DNA from: Acidobacteriota bacterium
GTDB lineage: Bacteria > Acidobacteriota > UBA890 > WLXD01
Length of the DNA: 64,000 nt
NCBI GenBank assembly: GCA_029263335.1
Contig: JAJCXS010000147.1
Coordinates: forward strand, 2,682-66,681
Reading direction: 5' to 3'
Below the pieces are notes generated by a model. That model ran no database searches. It was not told where the DNA came from and was given only the letters and a program-made list of their open reading frames with translations. Both the position numbers and the translations under genes were made by a program. The first letter of the stretch is position 1. The number at the start of each line of letters is the position of its first letter. Below are positions 18,059 through 28,009 of the stretch, in pieces.

Positions 18059-20656
18059 TCAGTCGGCTCGCAGCACGGTAGCGGGATCGACGTGCGCGGC
18101 CCGCGCTCCGGGAATCAACGTGGCGGCAGCCGCCACGGCCACGAACGCGAGGAACACACCGGTATAGATAAAGGGATCGAGCGGATTCATGCGCCCGAGC
18201 GCGACCCCGAGGAGGGGGCTGAAGCCTGCGCTCAGGACGAAGCCGATCACCAGGCCAGGGGCGACGGCGCGCAAACCGGTCCGCGTGACGAAGCGCAGCA
18301 CCGATCGTCGATCGGCGCCGAGTGCCTTGCGAACACCGATCTCCGGCAAGCGTCGCTGCACCTCGAACGCCAGGGCTCCATACAGGCCGATCAGGGCGAC
18401 CAGCGCGGTGCTCACGCCTCCGAGCATCGCGAGGACTCCACCGGTCTGATAGATCCGTCCGATGTAGTTGATCAAATCCCTGATTCGAGTGGTGTCGGTT
18501 CCACCGAACGACCCGGTGACCCCGAGGTCCGGGTCGATTTCAGCGATCGCGGCACGCACCGACGCGGTGGCCATTTCCGGGCCGGTGAAGAGAAGATGGA
18601 AGTTGGTCGGCTCGACCGCTCCGAAGGGGAGATAGACACGTGCCAGTTCGCGCGCGCGGGCGCCCCGGTAGACGGACAGATCGGCAGTAACACCGACGAT
18701 CCGGACCCAGCGATCGCCTCCGGTGGCCGGCAGCCGGACCCGCTGGCCGACCGCGCTCCGCCCGTTCAGGTAGGTGTTCACGAAGCTGCTGTTGACCACT
18801 GCGACGAGCTCGTCGGAGGTCGAGGTGGCCCGTGGCAGCCCCACTCCGGCAATGGTCTGCAAGCCAAACAGGTCGAAGTAGCCCTCGTCTGCCACGATCA
18901 CACGCACAAGCGGCGGGCGGGCGGCGGGGTCCGGTTCGGCGCCTTCGATCTCGAGGCGATCGACAGAATTTTCGAGCCCGGGCACAACGTTCACGAAGAT
19001 CAGCGTTCCGACATCCGCATTGTCGCGCAGGCCGGCGCTGAGCGCTCCGCGGAGAGCGCGGCGCCCGGCCGGCTGCGCGTAGCGTGGTCCGTCCAGCGCG
19101 ACGCTCAGCAGATACACGTCGTCGGCGCGCAGATCGGCCGCTGACTGTGACCGCAGCAGGGCCCCTCCCATGAGGCTCGCGATGATCAAGGCAAGGGCGG
19201 ATATTGTTACCTGGGCATTGAGCAGTACGCCCGAGAGGCGCCCGCGGCGTCCGCCAACCACCGCCGTCGCATCGGATCGCAGCACCTCGCTCAGGTCGGC
19301 GCCGCGCAGACGGATGGCGGGCAGCAGTCCGGAAAGCGTCCCGGCAACAACCGCGAGTCCCAGGGTGAAGAACACCACGGATGGTTCGAACTGGACCCTC
19401 ATCCAGTAGTAGCCCCAATGGCCCGACAGAGTCGACTGTATGTAGTCGATCGCAGCGGTTGCCAAGCCGAGTCCGACGACGGCTCCGGCGAGTGAAATCA
19501 CCAGTGCCTCCACCAGCATCTGGAGGAAGACCTGGGAGGGGCCGGCGCCGATGGCGGCGTGCACGGCAAGTAGATCAGCGCGCGCCAGGGCGCGCCCGAG
19601 CAACAGGTTCGAGACATTCGAGCATGAGACCAACACCAGCGCGATGACCAGGACGAGCATGGTCGCCAAGATCATCTTCTCGCCGCCCTCGCCACGCTTT
19701 TCGGTGAAGCGGGGTACTTCCACCCGCAACCCCGGGGCGCCCTCGTCGTCGGCGTAGCGTCGTGCCTCCAGCAGGCTCCTGACTTCCTCGCTCGCTCGGG
19801 TCGGCGTGGCGGCGGGCGCCAGCCGTCCGACCATCTCGAAGTTGTTGCCTGGAGTTGAAGGATCGAGCAGCGCCCATAGGTCGTGATTGAAGGGGAATCG
19901 ATGACCTGCCGGCATGACGCCGACGATTACGCGCACGGCGCCGTCGACTCGAACCTCCTTGCCGACGACACCGCGGTCAGCCGCGAAGTGATCGCGCCAC
20001 AGGTCGTCGCTGATCACGATCCCGGTAAGCTCATCGTCCGCCGTTGGGAGACGACCCAGTTGTGGCATCTCGCCGAGCAACTCGAAGACCTGCGCGGTCA
20101 TCGCCACGCTTGGTACCCGAACCGGGTAGCCACGAGCGGCGCGAACGCTGGCGCTGCCGGTCGTCACGGCGCCCAGTTGGGCGAACGACTGGGTCGCGGA
20201 ACGCACGCTCTCGAGATCTACGATGTCGAGCGCGACGCCGCGACCCCGCTCGTCGAGCACACGGACCCAGCGCACGTCTTTACCGTCCGCAACGGGAAGC
20301 GGACGGCTGAAGCCGGCGTAGGTCCCATAGATCGCCGCGGCAGCGCCGAACCCCAGCCCCAGCGTGATGGCGGCGAGCACCGGCACGCCCGGTTGCCGAC
20401 GGATATTGCGCACCGTCAAGACCAGCGCCAGAAAGGGTTTCAACCCGCGGCCGCGATAGCGAAGGTCTCGAAGTTCGTACAGACCGACCGTCAAGACCTC
20501 TCGGTATGTCCACCAATCTACGCGCAGCCTCCCGCTCCCCGTCGCCCGGCGGCGTCCAGCCTCGTCGGCGATGTCTTGCAGGGCCTCATCAACATGCCGA
20601 CAGCCGCAGACGGACAGATACACGCGAGCGCAACGTCGGGCGAGTGAAGGCCGCAT
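18059..20656 (-). CDS. ADOP-family FtsX-like duplicated ABC permease with prefix domain
   Basis: 865 aa. N-terminal prefix (…DIADEAGRRRATGSGRLRVDWWTYREVLTVGLYELRD), then two FtsX modules. Confidence 0.85.
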   Translation of the reverse strand: MRPSLARRCARVYLSVCGCRHVDEALQDIADEAGRRRATGSGRLRVDWWTYREVLTVGLYELRDLRYRGRGLKPFLALVLTVRNIRRQPGVPVLAAITLGLGFGAAAAIYGTYAGFSRPLPVADGKDVRWVRVLDERGRGVALDIVDLESVRSATQSFAQLGAVTTGSASVRAARGYPVRVPSVAMTAQVFELLGEMPQLGRLPTADDELTGIVISDDLWRDHFAADRGVVGKEVRVDGAVRVIVGVMPAGHRFPFNHDLWALLDPSTPGNNFEMVGRLAPAATPTRASEEVRSLLEARRYADDEGAPGLRVEVPRFTEKRGEGGEKMILATMLVLVIALVLVSCSNVSNLLLGRALARADLLAVHAAIGAGPSQVFLQMLVEALVISLAGAVVGLGLATAAIDYIQSTLSGHWGYYWMRVQFEPSVVFFTLGLAVVAGTLSGLLPAIRLRGADLSEVLRSDATAVVGGRRGRLSGVLLNAQVTISALALIIASLMGGALLRSQSAADLRADDVYLLSVALDGPRYAQPAGRRALRGALSAGLRDNADVGTLIFVNVVPGLENSVDRLEIEGAEPDPAARPPLVRVIVADEGYFDLFGLQTIAGVGLPRATSTSDELVAVVNSSFVNTYLNGRSAVGQRVRLPATGGDRWVRIVGVTADLSVYRGARARELARVYLPFGAVEPTNFHLLFTGPEMATASVRAAIAEIDPDLGVTGSFGGTDTTRIRDLINYIGRIYQTGGVLAMLGGVSTALVALIGLYGALAFEVQRRLPEIGVRKALGADRRSVLRFVTRTGLRAVAPGLVIGFVLSAGFSPLLGVALGRMNPLDPFIYTGVFLAFVAVAAAATLIPGARAAHVDPATVLRAD

Positions 20657-20854
20657 CAGGGGGTCCTGTTGATCGTGGATGGGCGGGCTCTCGTTGGTTT
20701 CTGTACATCGTACACTAACTGTCGATGAAAGACTCGGTCGACGTGCGAGGTGGGGTTGCGGAAGATGTGGGGTATGGTGCGGCGCGACGCCAGCAGCCGG
20801 ACAGTTTGGGATAGAGTGCGACGGTTCGTGTCCATTCCTTCTCGCCGAGAGCCC

Positions 20855-22252
20855 ATGACTTCTCGCCCGTGCCCGATCTCGAGCCGCTCGATCGCTGTAG
20901 TGACTCTGGCGGCTGCGATGTTGGCCGGATGTTCGGCCCCGGCCGACGTTGAACGACAGTCAGAGTCGACGCCCTACATGGAGGCGGCATTGCAGGCCGC
21001 GACCTGGATACGAGCGCAGGAGGTTCGGTCGCCTTCCGGGTCGGCGTGGCCGGCCGATCCCTACGACACCGCCACCGTCGTGACCAATCTCTACACCGGC
21101 ACTCCGGGGGTGGTCCTCTTCTTCCTCGAGCTCTATCACCACACCGGCGACAGCAGCTATCTCGCCGATGCCGCGGCGGGCGCCGACTATCTGATGGCGC
21201 GCTTCGCTGGTGGCAGGCCCGGCGAGGGCGACACCGGGACCGTCGACGCGACGACACAGACGGCAGGCTTTTACACCGGCGTCGCCGGCATCGCGTTCGT
21301 ACTGCACGAGACCTTCAAAGCCACGGGTGATAACCGGTACCGCGCAGGCGCCATGGAGGCGGTCGACCGCGTTCATCAGCAAGCCCGCGAGCGTGAAGAG
21401 GGCGTCGACTGGATCGACTCCACCGACATCGTCAGCGGCACCGCCGGCACCGGCCTGTTCCTGCTGTACGCGGCACGTGAGATGGGACATGCCGAGTCGC
21501 TCCAGTTGGCCGAACGAGCCGGGTGGCGTTTGCTCGAACAGGCCGAGGAGGCGGGCGCGGGAATGCGGTGGCGCATCAACGCGGAGTATCCGCGCGTGAT
21601 GCCCAACTTCTCGCACGGCACGGCTGGAGTGGCCTATTTCCTGGCGGCGCTGCACCAGGCCACGGGTGAGTCGGCGTTTCTCGACGCGGCCATCTCGGGC
21701 GCCAATCAGCTGCTCGAACTTGCCGAGACCGAGGGCGACGTGTGTTTGATCTTCCATCACTCGCCGGACGGCGAGGGGCTGCAATACCTGAGCTGGTGCC
21801 ACGGCCCCGCTGGCACGGCACGTACCTTCTACAAGCTGTTCCAAGTCACTGGCGATCCAGTGTGGATGCAATGGACCGACAGGTCGGCCAACGGCATTCA
21901 CCAAAGTGGCATTCCCGACCAGCTCACCGAGGGATTCTGGAACAACGTCGGTCAGTGCTGCGGCTCCGCGGGCGTCGCCGAGTTCTCGCTCGCGATGCAT
22001 CGAACAACCGGAGCGCCCCGCCACCTCGAGTTCGCCCGCCAGGTTGCCGACAACCTGCGCGGCCGCGCAACCGCGGACGCCGGCGGGCTCATGTGGATCC
22101 AGGCCGAGAACCGTATCCAGCCCGAGTTCCTGGTGGCCCAGACCGGGTACATGCAGGGAGCTGCCGGCATCGGCATCCTGCTGCTGCATCTCGACGCCGC
22201 AATCCGGGGTAGCGATTACAGCGGCATCGTCTTTCCAGACGCGCCCTACTGA
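20855..22252 (+). CDS. LanC-like (lanthionine-synthetase-C-like) lipoprotein
   Basis: Lipoprotein signal (AAAMLAGCSAP). alpha/alpha-toroid GxxG repeats, plus Cys/His motifs in LanC-like arrangement (NFSHGTAGV, SWCHGPAGT, GQCCGSAG). No LanB/LanM-type dehydratase nearby. Confidence 0.65.
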   Translation: MTSRPCPISSRSIAVVTLAAAMLAGCSAPADVERQSESTPYMEAALQAATWIRAQEVRSPSGSAWPADPYDTATVVTNLYTGTPGVVLFFLELYHHTGDSSYLADAAAGADYLMARFAGGRPGEGDTGTVDATTQTAGFYTGVAGIAFVLHETFKATGDNRYRAGAMEAVDRVHQQAREREEGVDWIDSTDIVSGTAGTGLFLLYAAREMGHAESLQLAERAGWRLLEQAEEAGAGMRWRINAEYPRVMPNFSHGTAGVAYFLAALHQATGESAFLDAAISGANQLLELAETEGDVCLIFHHSPDGEGLQYLSWCHGPAGTARTFYKLFQVTGDPVWMQWTDRSANGIHQSGIPDQLTEGFWNNVGQCCGSAGVAEFSLAMHRTTGAPRHLEFARQVADNLRGRATADAGGLMWIQAENRIQPEFLVAQTGYMQGAAGIGILLLHLDAAIRGSDYSGIVFPDAPY

Positions 22253-22404
22253 TGCGCTTTCCCAGCGGGCGCGGTAGCCTTCGCGGCCATGGGTAGATTC
22301 CAGCTCGGCCACTGCGAGATCGGGGAGAAGCGCAGGTCACTCGAAACCCGGGTCCCGGAGAGGTAATAGAATACCTGGACTAATCATTCCAAGATGGAGC
22401 AACG

Positions 22405-24519
22405 ATGCAGGCGACGCGGACGACGATTCTGAATGCTGGGGCCGTCGAGCAGAAGCGCGAGGAGATCCGTAAGTACTTCCACGACACTTACGACATCTAC
22501 GAAGAACTCTTCGAGGGCATGGCGGGCGATGCTGCCTACTACCTGCGCCCCGAGCCGCTGCGGCATCCGCTGATCTTCTACTACGGCCACACCGCGGTCT
22601 TCTTCGTCAACAAGCTGCGCGTGGCAGGCATCGTGGACGAGCGTGTCGATGCTCGCATCGAGTCGATGATGGCCATCGGCGTCGACGAGATGTCCTGGGA
22701 CGACCTGGACAAGACCGATTACGACTGGGCGACCGTGGCGGAGGTGAAAGCCTATCGGGACGAGGTCCGCACCCTGGTGGACGGTGTGATCAGCAACTCC
22801 GAGCTGACCCTGCCGATCGACTGGAGCAGCCCCTTCTGGATCGTGATGATGGGCATCGAGCACGAGCGTATTCACCTGGAAACGTCGTCTGTGCTGATCC
22901 GTCAGCTACCCATCGAGAGCGTCCGCCCGATACCGGGTTGGCAGCACTGCCCCGATGCCGGGGAGGCTCCCGAGAACGGTTTGGTCGCGGTCGCGGGCGG
23001 CGGTGTGGCCGTGGGTAAGAGTCGTGAGTCGGCAGTGTACGGGTGGGACATCGAATACGGCGGCCACGAGGCGGAGATCGACGGATTCCAGGCCGGGCGC
23101 CACCTGGTCTCGAACCGCGAATACCGCGCGTTCGTCGAGGACGGTGGCTATGACAACGAGTCGTGGTGGACCGACGAGGGCTGGCGCTGGCGGACCTACA
23201 AGAAGGCCGGCCATCCGCTGTTCTGGATTCCTGACGGCGACGAAGGCTATCGCTATCGCGCCATGCTCGAAGAGATCGACATGCCGTGGAACTGGCCCGT
23301 CGACGTCAACTATCTCGAGGCCAAGGCGTTCTGCAACTGGCTGGGCGCGAGATCGGGCAAGAGCATACGGCTGCCTACCGAAGACGAGTGGTATCTGATG
23401 GCTCAGCGAATTGAAACGGACCAGCCGGACTGGAGCGAAGCTCCCGGCAACATCAACCTGGAGTACTGGGCTTCGGCCTGTCCGGTGGATCGTTTCGAGA
23501 GCGACGGGCTGTTCGACGTGATTGGCAACGTCTGGCAGTGGACCGAGACCGCGATCGACGCCTTGGAAGGCTTCGAGGTGCATCCTGCATACGACGATTT
23601 CTCGGTGCCAACGCTCGACGGCAAACACAACCTGATCAAAGGTGGCTCGTGGGTATCGACTGGCAACGAGGCCACGCGAGACGCGCGCTACGCGTTTCGT
23701 CGTCACTTCCCACAACACGCGGGTTTCCGCTACGTCGAGGCCCCCGAGCCGCCGGCCGTGGAAGCTAACGTGTACGAGACCGACGAGTCGATCTCCGAGT
23801 ATCTGGAGTTCCACTACGGCGATGAGTACTTCGGCGTCGGCAATTTTCCGGCGGCGTGCGTTCGCGAGGTGATGGCGGCGATCGGCGACGCACCCAAACG
23901 TAAGGCGCTCGACATGGGGTGCTCCGTCGGCCGATCGAGCTTTGAACTGGCCCGTGATTTCCAGCATGTCGATGCGTTGGACTTCTCCACGCGGTTCGTG
24001 TTCAGCGCGATCGAGCTGCAGAAGCGCGGCGTTCGGCGGTATGTGATCCGCGACGAAGGCGATCTGATGGCGTATCGCGAGGCTCGTCTGGAAGGGCTCG
24101 GCCTGGCTGAAACTGCCGGCCGCGTCGAGTTCGCTCAGAACGACGCATGCAATCTGAAAACCAACTACACCGGGTACGACCTGATCTTTGCCGCCAACCT
24201 GATCGATCGGCTGTACGATCCCGCTGCGTTTCTGAGGATCGCGCGCGAGCGTCTGGTGCCCGGGGGCTACCTGGCCCTGACTTCGCCCTACACGTGGCTT
24301 GTCGAGCATACGGAAAAGAAGAAATGGCTTGGCGGCATCAAAGAAGACGGCGAGAACGTCACCGGTTTGCAGGGGCTGCACCGGCTTCTCGATGCGCACT
24401 TCGAGACCGTGGGCGAGCCGGTCGATATCCCGTTCGTGATTCGTGAGACCAAGCGTAAGCACCAGCACACGATCGCGGAGTTGACGGTGTGGCGAAGAAG
24501 GTCCGATACGCGCAACTAG
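22405..24519 (+). CDS. ovoA: 5-histidylcysteine sulfoxide synthase OvoA (ovothiol biosynthesis). DinB-like domain, FGE-sulfatase domain and SAM methyltransferase domain.
   Basis: Three-domain architecture typical of OvoA. N-terminal DinB_2-like (YYGHTAVFFVNKL…IEHERIHLE). Central FGE-sulfatase (…GNVWQWTE…KGGSWVS). C-terminal class-I methyltransferase (ALDMGCSVGRSSFELA…YDLIFAANLIDRL). Confidence 0.9.
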   Translation: MQATRTTILNAGAVEQKREEIRKYFHDTYDIYEELFEGMAGDAAYYLRPEPLRHPLIFYYGHTAVFFVNKLRVAGIVDERVDARIESMMAIGVDEMSWDDLDKTDYDWATVAEVKAYRDEVRTLVDGVISNSELTLPIDWSSPFWIVMMGIEHERIHLETSSVLIRQLPIESVRPIPGWQHCPDAGEAPENGLVAVAGGGVAVGKSRESAVYGWDIEYGGHEAEIDGFQAGRHLVSNREYRAFVEDGGYDNESWWTDEGWRWRTYKKAGHPLFWIPDGDEGYRYRAMLEEIDMPWNWPVDVNYLEAKAFCNWLGARSGKSIRLPTEDEWYLMAQRIETDQPDWSEAPGNINLEYWASACPVDRFESDGLFDVIGNVWQWTETAIDALEGFEVHPAYDDFSVPTLDGKHNLIKGGSWVSTGNEATRDARYAFRRHFPQHAGFRYVEAPEPPAVEANVYETDESISEYLEFHYGDEYFGVGNFPAACVREVMAAIGDAPKRKALDMGCSVGRSSFELARDFQHVDALDFSTRFVFSAIELQKRGVRRYVIRDEGDLMAYREARLEGLGLAETAGRVEFAQNDACNLKTNYTGYDLIFAANLIDRLYDPAAFLRIARERLVPGGYLALTSPYTWLVEHTEKKKWLGGIKEDGENVTGLQGLHRLLDAHFETVGEPVDIPFVIRETKRKHQHTIAELTVWRRRSDTRN

Positions 24520-24547
24520 CAACGCTCGGCCGAGCCGACAGGAGGAA

Positions 24548-27235
24548 GTGGTGAGAGCGATCCGTGCGTCAGTGGGTGGCCTCGTTCTTCTCTCGGCGGT
24601 ATGGGGCACCGGCCCGAGCCTCGTCGCCCAGAGCGATCAGCTGGCGGCCGTTTTCAACGCGACGGAGTTCCGCAACATCGGACCGTTCCGCACCTCGGCG
24701 TGGGTCGTCGAGGTTGCCGTGCCGGAGACGCCCCTGCACGAGCACATCTACACGATGTACGCGGCCACCCGTAGCGGCGGTCTTTGGAAGACGACCAACA
24801 ACGGCGTTACCTGGCAGGTGGTCTCCGACAGCATCGATGTCGCCGCGGTAGGCGCCGTGGCGCTGTCACCCTCCGATCCGCTGCAGGTCTGGATGGGTAC
24901 CGGCGCCAACGATCTGGCGCGCTCGTCGTACTCGGGCAAGGGGCTGTACAAGTCGACCGACGGCGGCGGGACCTGGGCGTTTGTCGGGCTGGGGGACTCG
25001 CATCACATCGCGCGGATTCTCGTGCACCCGACCGACCCCGACACCGTGTGGGTGGCGGCCATGGGTCACCTGTTCTCGCGCAACGAAGAGCGTGGCGTCT
25101 TTCGCACCCGAGACGGCGGTAGCACGTGGGAAAAGGTGCTGTACATCGACGACGGCACCGGGGCTGTTGATCTCGCCATCGATCGCGACGCTCCCGACAC
25201 GCTCTTTGCGGCGATGTACGAGAAACACCGCTCCGACTGGCGCCTGGTGCTCGGCGGCCCGGGGACGGCCGTGTATCGAACCGACGACGGCGGCGACGAC
25301 TGGCGGAAGCTCGACGGGATTCCCGAGGGCGCGATCGGTCGCATCGGCCTCGACTACAACCAGGCGAGTGATGTCCTGCACGCCATCGTGGAGAACGTGA
25401 ACCCGCGGCCTGCCGGTTGGCCGGTGCGCCATGATGCCTGTTCGCCGCAGCGCGAGATCGAAGCGGACGTGATCGGCAACGAGGTGTATCGGTCGGAGGA
25501 TCACGGTGAGACGTGGACCAAGACCCACGGCGACGGCGTGGATGTGGCCGGCTCCAAGGCGCCCTATTCGTTCAACCAGATCATCACCAATCCGTCCGAT
25601 CCCGGTCACATCCTGGTCAACAGCGACAGCATGTACGAGTCGCGCGACGGCGGCGCCACCTGGACGTGCGGGTTCTTTGGCAGCGTGTTCGGCGATTTCC
25701 GCACCATGTGGTGGGACGAGCAGGACCCCGAGCGCATTGTCATCGGCAGCGACGGCGGCGTGAACATCTCATACGACGGCGGGGAGACCGCGGATTACGC
25801 TCTCAACATCCCCGTGGGCGAGGTCTATGCCATCGGCGTCGACATGGATGACCCTTACAGCGTGTACGCCGGGCTGCAGGATCACGACTCCTGGAAGGGG
25901 CCGAGCAATGCTCCCAGCGGCCGCATCACCCTGGAAGACTGGACAACGGTCGGCACCGGCGATGGCATGTACAACCAGATCGATCCGACCGACTCGCGTT
26001 GGGTCTACAACTCGTGGCAGACGGGTGGCCAGCGCCGCTTCGACCAGGAGACGGGCCGGGCCACTTCGATTCAGCCAACGCGCGACGAAGGCGCCCCGAC
26101 GCTGCGCTATAACTGGATCACCCCGCTGGTGCTCTCGCCGCACAATCCACAGATCATCTACACCGGCGCGCAGGTGCTGTTCCGATCGCTCAACCGCGGC
26201 GACGACTGGCGCGAGATCAGCCCGGATCTGACCTCCGACGATGAGCGCTGTGGTCTCAACTCGGGCTACGTGCCCTTCTGTACGATCACCTCGATCTCGG
26301 AGTCGCCGCTCGAGCCGGGGTTGATCTGGGTCGGGACCGACGACGGCAAGGTGCACCTGACCACCGACCAGGGTGCGACCTGGAACGAGGTCACCGCTGC
26401 CGTTGCCGCTGCGGGAGGTCCGGCCGATCGTTACGTGAGCCGGGTATTCGCGTCGCCGCACAATCCGGCCATCGCGTTCGTGGCCAAGAGCGGGTTCCGT
26501 GACGATGACTTCCACCCGTATCTATATCGCACCGAAGACTATGGTCAGACGTGGGAGTCCATTGGCGGCGGCCTACCCGATGCACCCGTCAACGTTGTGG
26601 TGCAGGATCTGGCCAACGCGGAGTTGCTCGTCGTCGGCAATGACCTCGGCGTGTGGGTATCGATCGACGGCGCCGAGTCCTGGCATCGGTTGCGCGCCAA
26701 CCTGCCCACCGTGCCCGTTCACGATCTGACGATTCACCCCCGCGAGTCAGATCTGGTTCTCGGGACGTACGGTCGCGCGGTTTGGGTGGGCGACATCACG
26801 CCAATCAGGCGATTGGCCGCGGACGATCTGCAAGAGCCGCTGCACCTGTTCGAACCCGAGCCGCGGGCGCACTACGGCCTGCGGGCCTTGGGCAACTTCC
26901 ATCTCTTCGGCGATCGGTACCTGTCAGTACCCAACGAGCCCGATGGGCTGATGATCCAATACCTGCTCGAGGTCGCCGATGAGGACGGTGCAAAGGTGAC
27001 CGTAGCGGACAGCGCCGGCACGGAAATCGCCACACTGACCGGGCCGGCCGAGGCCGGATTCAACCAGGTTCTCTGGGACATGCGGCCGGGAGACGCGCCG
27101 ACCGGAGAAGACTGGCAGTCGCGCATGCGCCGCTTCAACACGCCGACACTACCGCCTGGTGCCTATCGAATTCGTGTCGAGGCGAGCCATCACGACGCGA
27201 CCACGACCGGCGTGATTCGGGCGCGCATCCGGTAA
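24548..27235 (+). CDS. Sortilin/VPS10-like BNR (Asp-box) repeat beta-propeller protein, secreted
   Basis: Signal peptide. About 10 BNR/Asp-box motifs S/TxDxGxTW (TDGGGTWAF, RDGGSTWEK, SEDHGETWTK, SRDGGATWTC, TDQGATWNEV, TEDYGQTWESI…). GTG start at 24548 is preceded by AGGAGGAAG. Confidence 0.8.
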   Translation: MVRAIRASVGGLVLLSAVWGTGPSLVAQSDQLAAVFNATEFRNIGPFRTSAWVVEVAVPETPLHEHIYTMYAATRSGGLWKTTNNGVTWQVVSDSIDVAAVGAVALSPSDPLQVWMGTGANDLARSSYSGKGLYKSTDGGGTWAFVGLGDSHHIARILVHPTDPDTVWVAAMGHLFSRNEERGVFRTRDGGSTWEKVLYIDDGTGAVDLAIDRDAPDTLFAAMYEKHRSDWRLVLGGPGTAVYRTDDGGDDWRKLDGIPEGAIGRIGLDYNQASDVLHAIVENVNPRPAGWPVRHDACSPQREIEADVIGNEVYRSEDHGETWTKTHGDGVDVAGSKAPYSFNQIITNPSDPGHILVNSDSMYESRDGGATWTCGFFGSVFGDFRTMWWDEQDPERIVIGSDGGVNISYDGGETADYALNIPVGEVYAIGVDMDDPYSVYAGLQDHDSWKGPSNAPSGRITLEDWTTVGTGDGMYNQIDPTDSRWVYNSWQTGGQRRFDQETGRATSIQPTRDEGAPTLRYNWITPLVLSPHNPQIIYTGAQVLFRSLNRGDDWREISPDLTSDDERCGLNSGYVPFCTITSISESPLEPGLIWVGTDDGKVHLTTDQGATWNEVTAAVAAAGGPADRYVSRVFASPHNPAIAFVAKSGFRDDDFHPYLYRTEDYGQTWESIGGGLPDAPVNVVVQDLANAELLVVGNDLGVWVSIDGAESWHRLRANLPTVPVHDLTIHPRESDLVLGTYGRAVWVGDITPIRRLAADDLQEPLHLFEPEPRAHYGLRALGNFHLFGDRYLSVPNEPDGLMIQYLLEVADEDGAKVTVADSAGTEIATLTGPAEAGFNQVLWDMRPGDAPTGEDWQSRMRRFNTPTLPPGAYRIRVEASHHDATTTGVIRARIR

Positions 27236-27322
27236 TGCCCGCGCGGCACCGGTGACGGCACCGCCTGGCAAGCCATAGAATTTTTCTTGTTCCACGTCGT
27301 CGGCTCGCGTGTCTAACGGGAT

Positions 27323-28009
27323 ATGAGCCCAATTCATGTCCCTCCAGCGGTCCCGGCGAACCAGCCAAACAAGCCAAAGGGCAAGGTGCTGATGTTCCCT
27401 CGTCGGGTGAAATCTCTACGAGATCTCGACGACGAGGCTCTGGTGGGCATGCTGCGCGAGGATCCAGATCGTGAAGACGTCCGCGACGAACTCTTCGGAC
27501 GTTATACGCGCCGTGTCGCCAGTTGGTGTCTGGGCATCGCCCGCACGCCGGAGGAAGCGCAGGACATCGCGCAGGATGTGATGCTGCTGGTCCACCAGCG
27601 GCTGCACACCTTCCGGGTCGAGAGCAAGTTTTCGACGTGGCTGTATACGATCGCCCGCCGTGTGGCACTGAATCGGGCTCGCGCCGGCTCCGTACGCCGA
27701 ACCGAGACGCTCGATCAGATGCCGGAGGCCGCCTCCGAGCGGACCGAACACGCGCCCGAGGAACTCGCGGAGCGGGCGCAGGTACACGAGCGCTTGCGCG
27801 AGGCGATGCGGCGAGATCTCACGGCGCAGGAGGCCGAGATCCTCATTCTGCATTTCGCGCACGGACTGACGTTCGATGAGCTAACGGCCCGCTATCAGTT
27901 GGACAACAAGTCCGGCGCCAAAGCGGTGGTCGTGTCGGCGCGACGCAAACTGGAACGGCGGTTCGGCCGCTGGCTGGAAACACAAACCGGTGGGAGACCC
28001 TGGTCATGA
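27323..28009 (+). CDS. ECF-type sigma-70 factor
   Basis: Region 2 (…RYTRRVASWCLGIARTPEEAQDIAQDVMLLVHQRLHTFRVESKFSTWLYTIARRVA) and region 4 (LTAQEAEILILHFAHGLTFDELTARYQL…AVVVSARRKL). The true start may be an internal Met. Confidence 0.75.
   Translation: MSPIHVPPAVPANQPNKPKGKVLMFPRRVKSLRDLDDEALVGMLREDPDREDVRDELFGRYTRRVASWCLGIARTPEEAQDIAQDVMLLVHQRLHTFRVESKFSTWLYTIARRVALNRARAGSVRRTETLDQMPEAASERTEHAPEELAERAQVHERLREAMRRDLTAQEAEILILHFAHGLTFDELTARYQLDNKSGAKAVVVSARRKLERRFGRWLETQTGGRPWS

Noticed and set aside
18050-19418. Plus-strand and alternate-frame ORFs (364 aa, 292 aa) overlapping permease 18059..20656
   Set aside because: These are Arg/Gly/Pro-rich shadow frames of a gene with clear FtsX-permease homology.
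20715-21257. 180-aa Arg/Cys-rich ORF on the minus strand upstream of or overlapping the LanC-like gene
   Set aside because: It overlaps the LanC-like coding region in antisense. Its composition (RRRSRCRPRRACH…) is typical of a GC-shadow frame.
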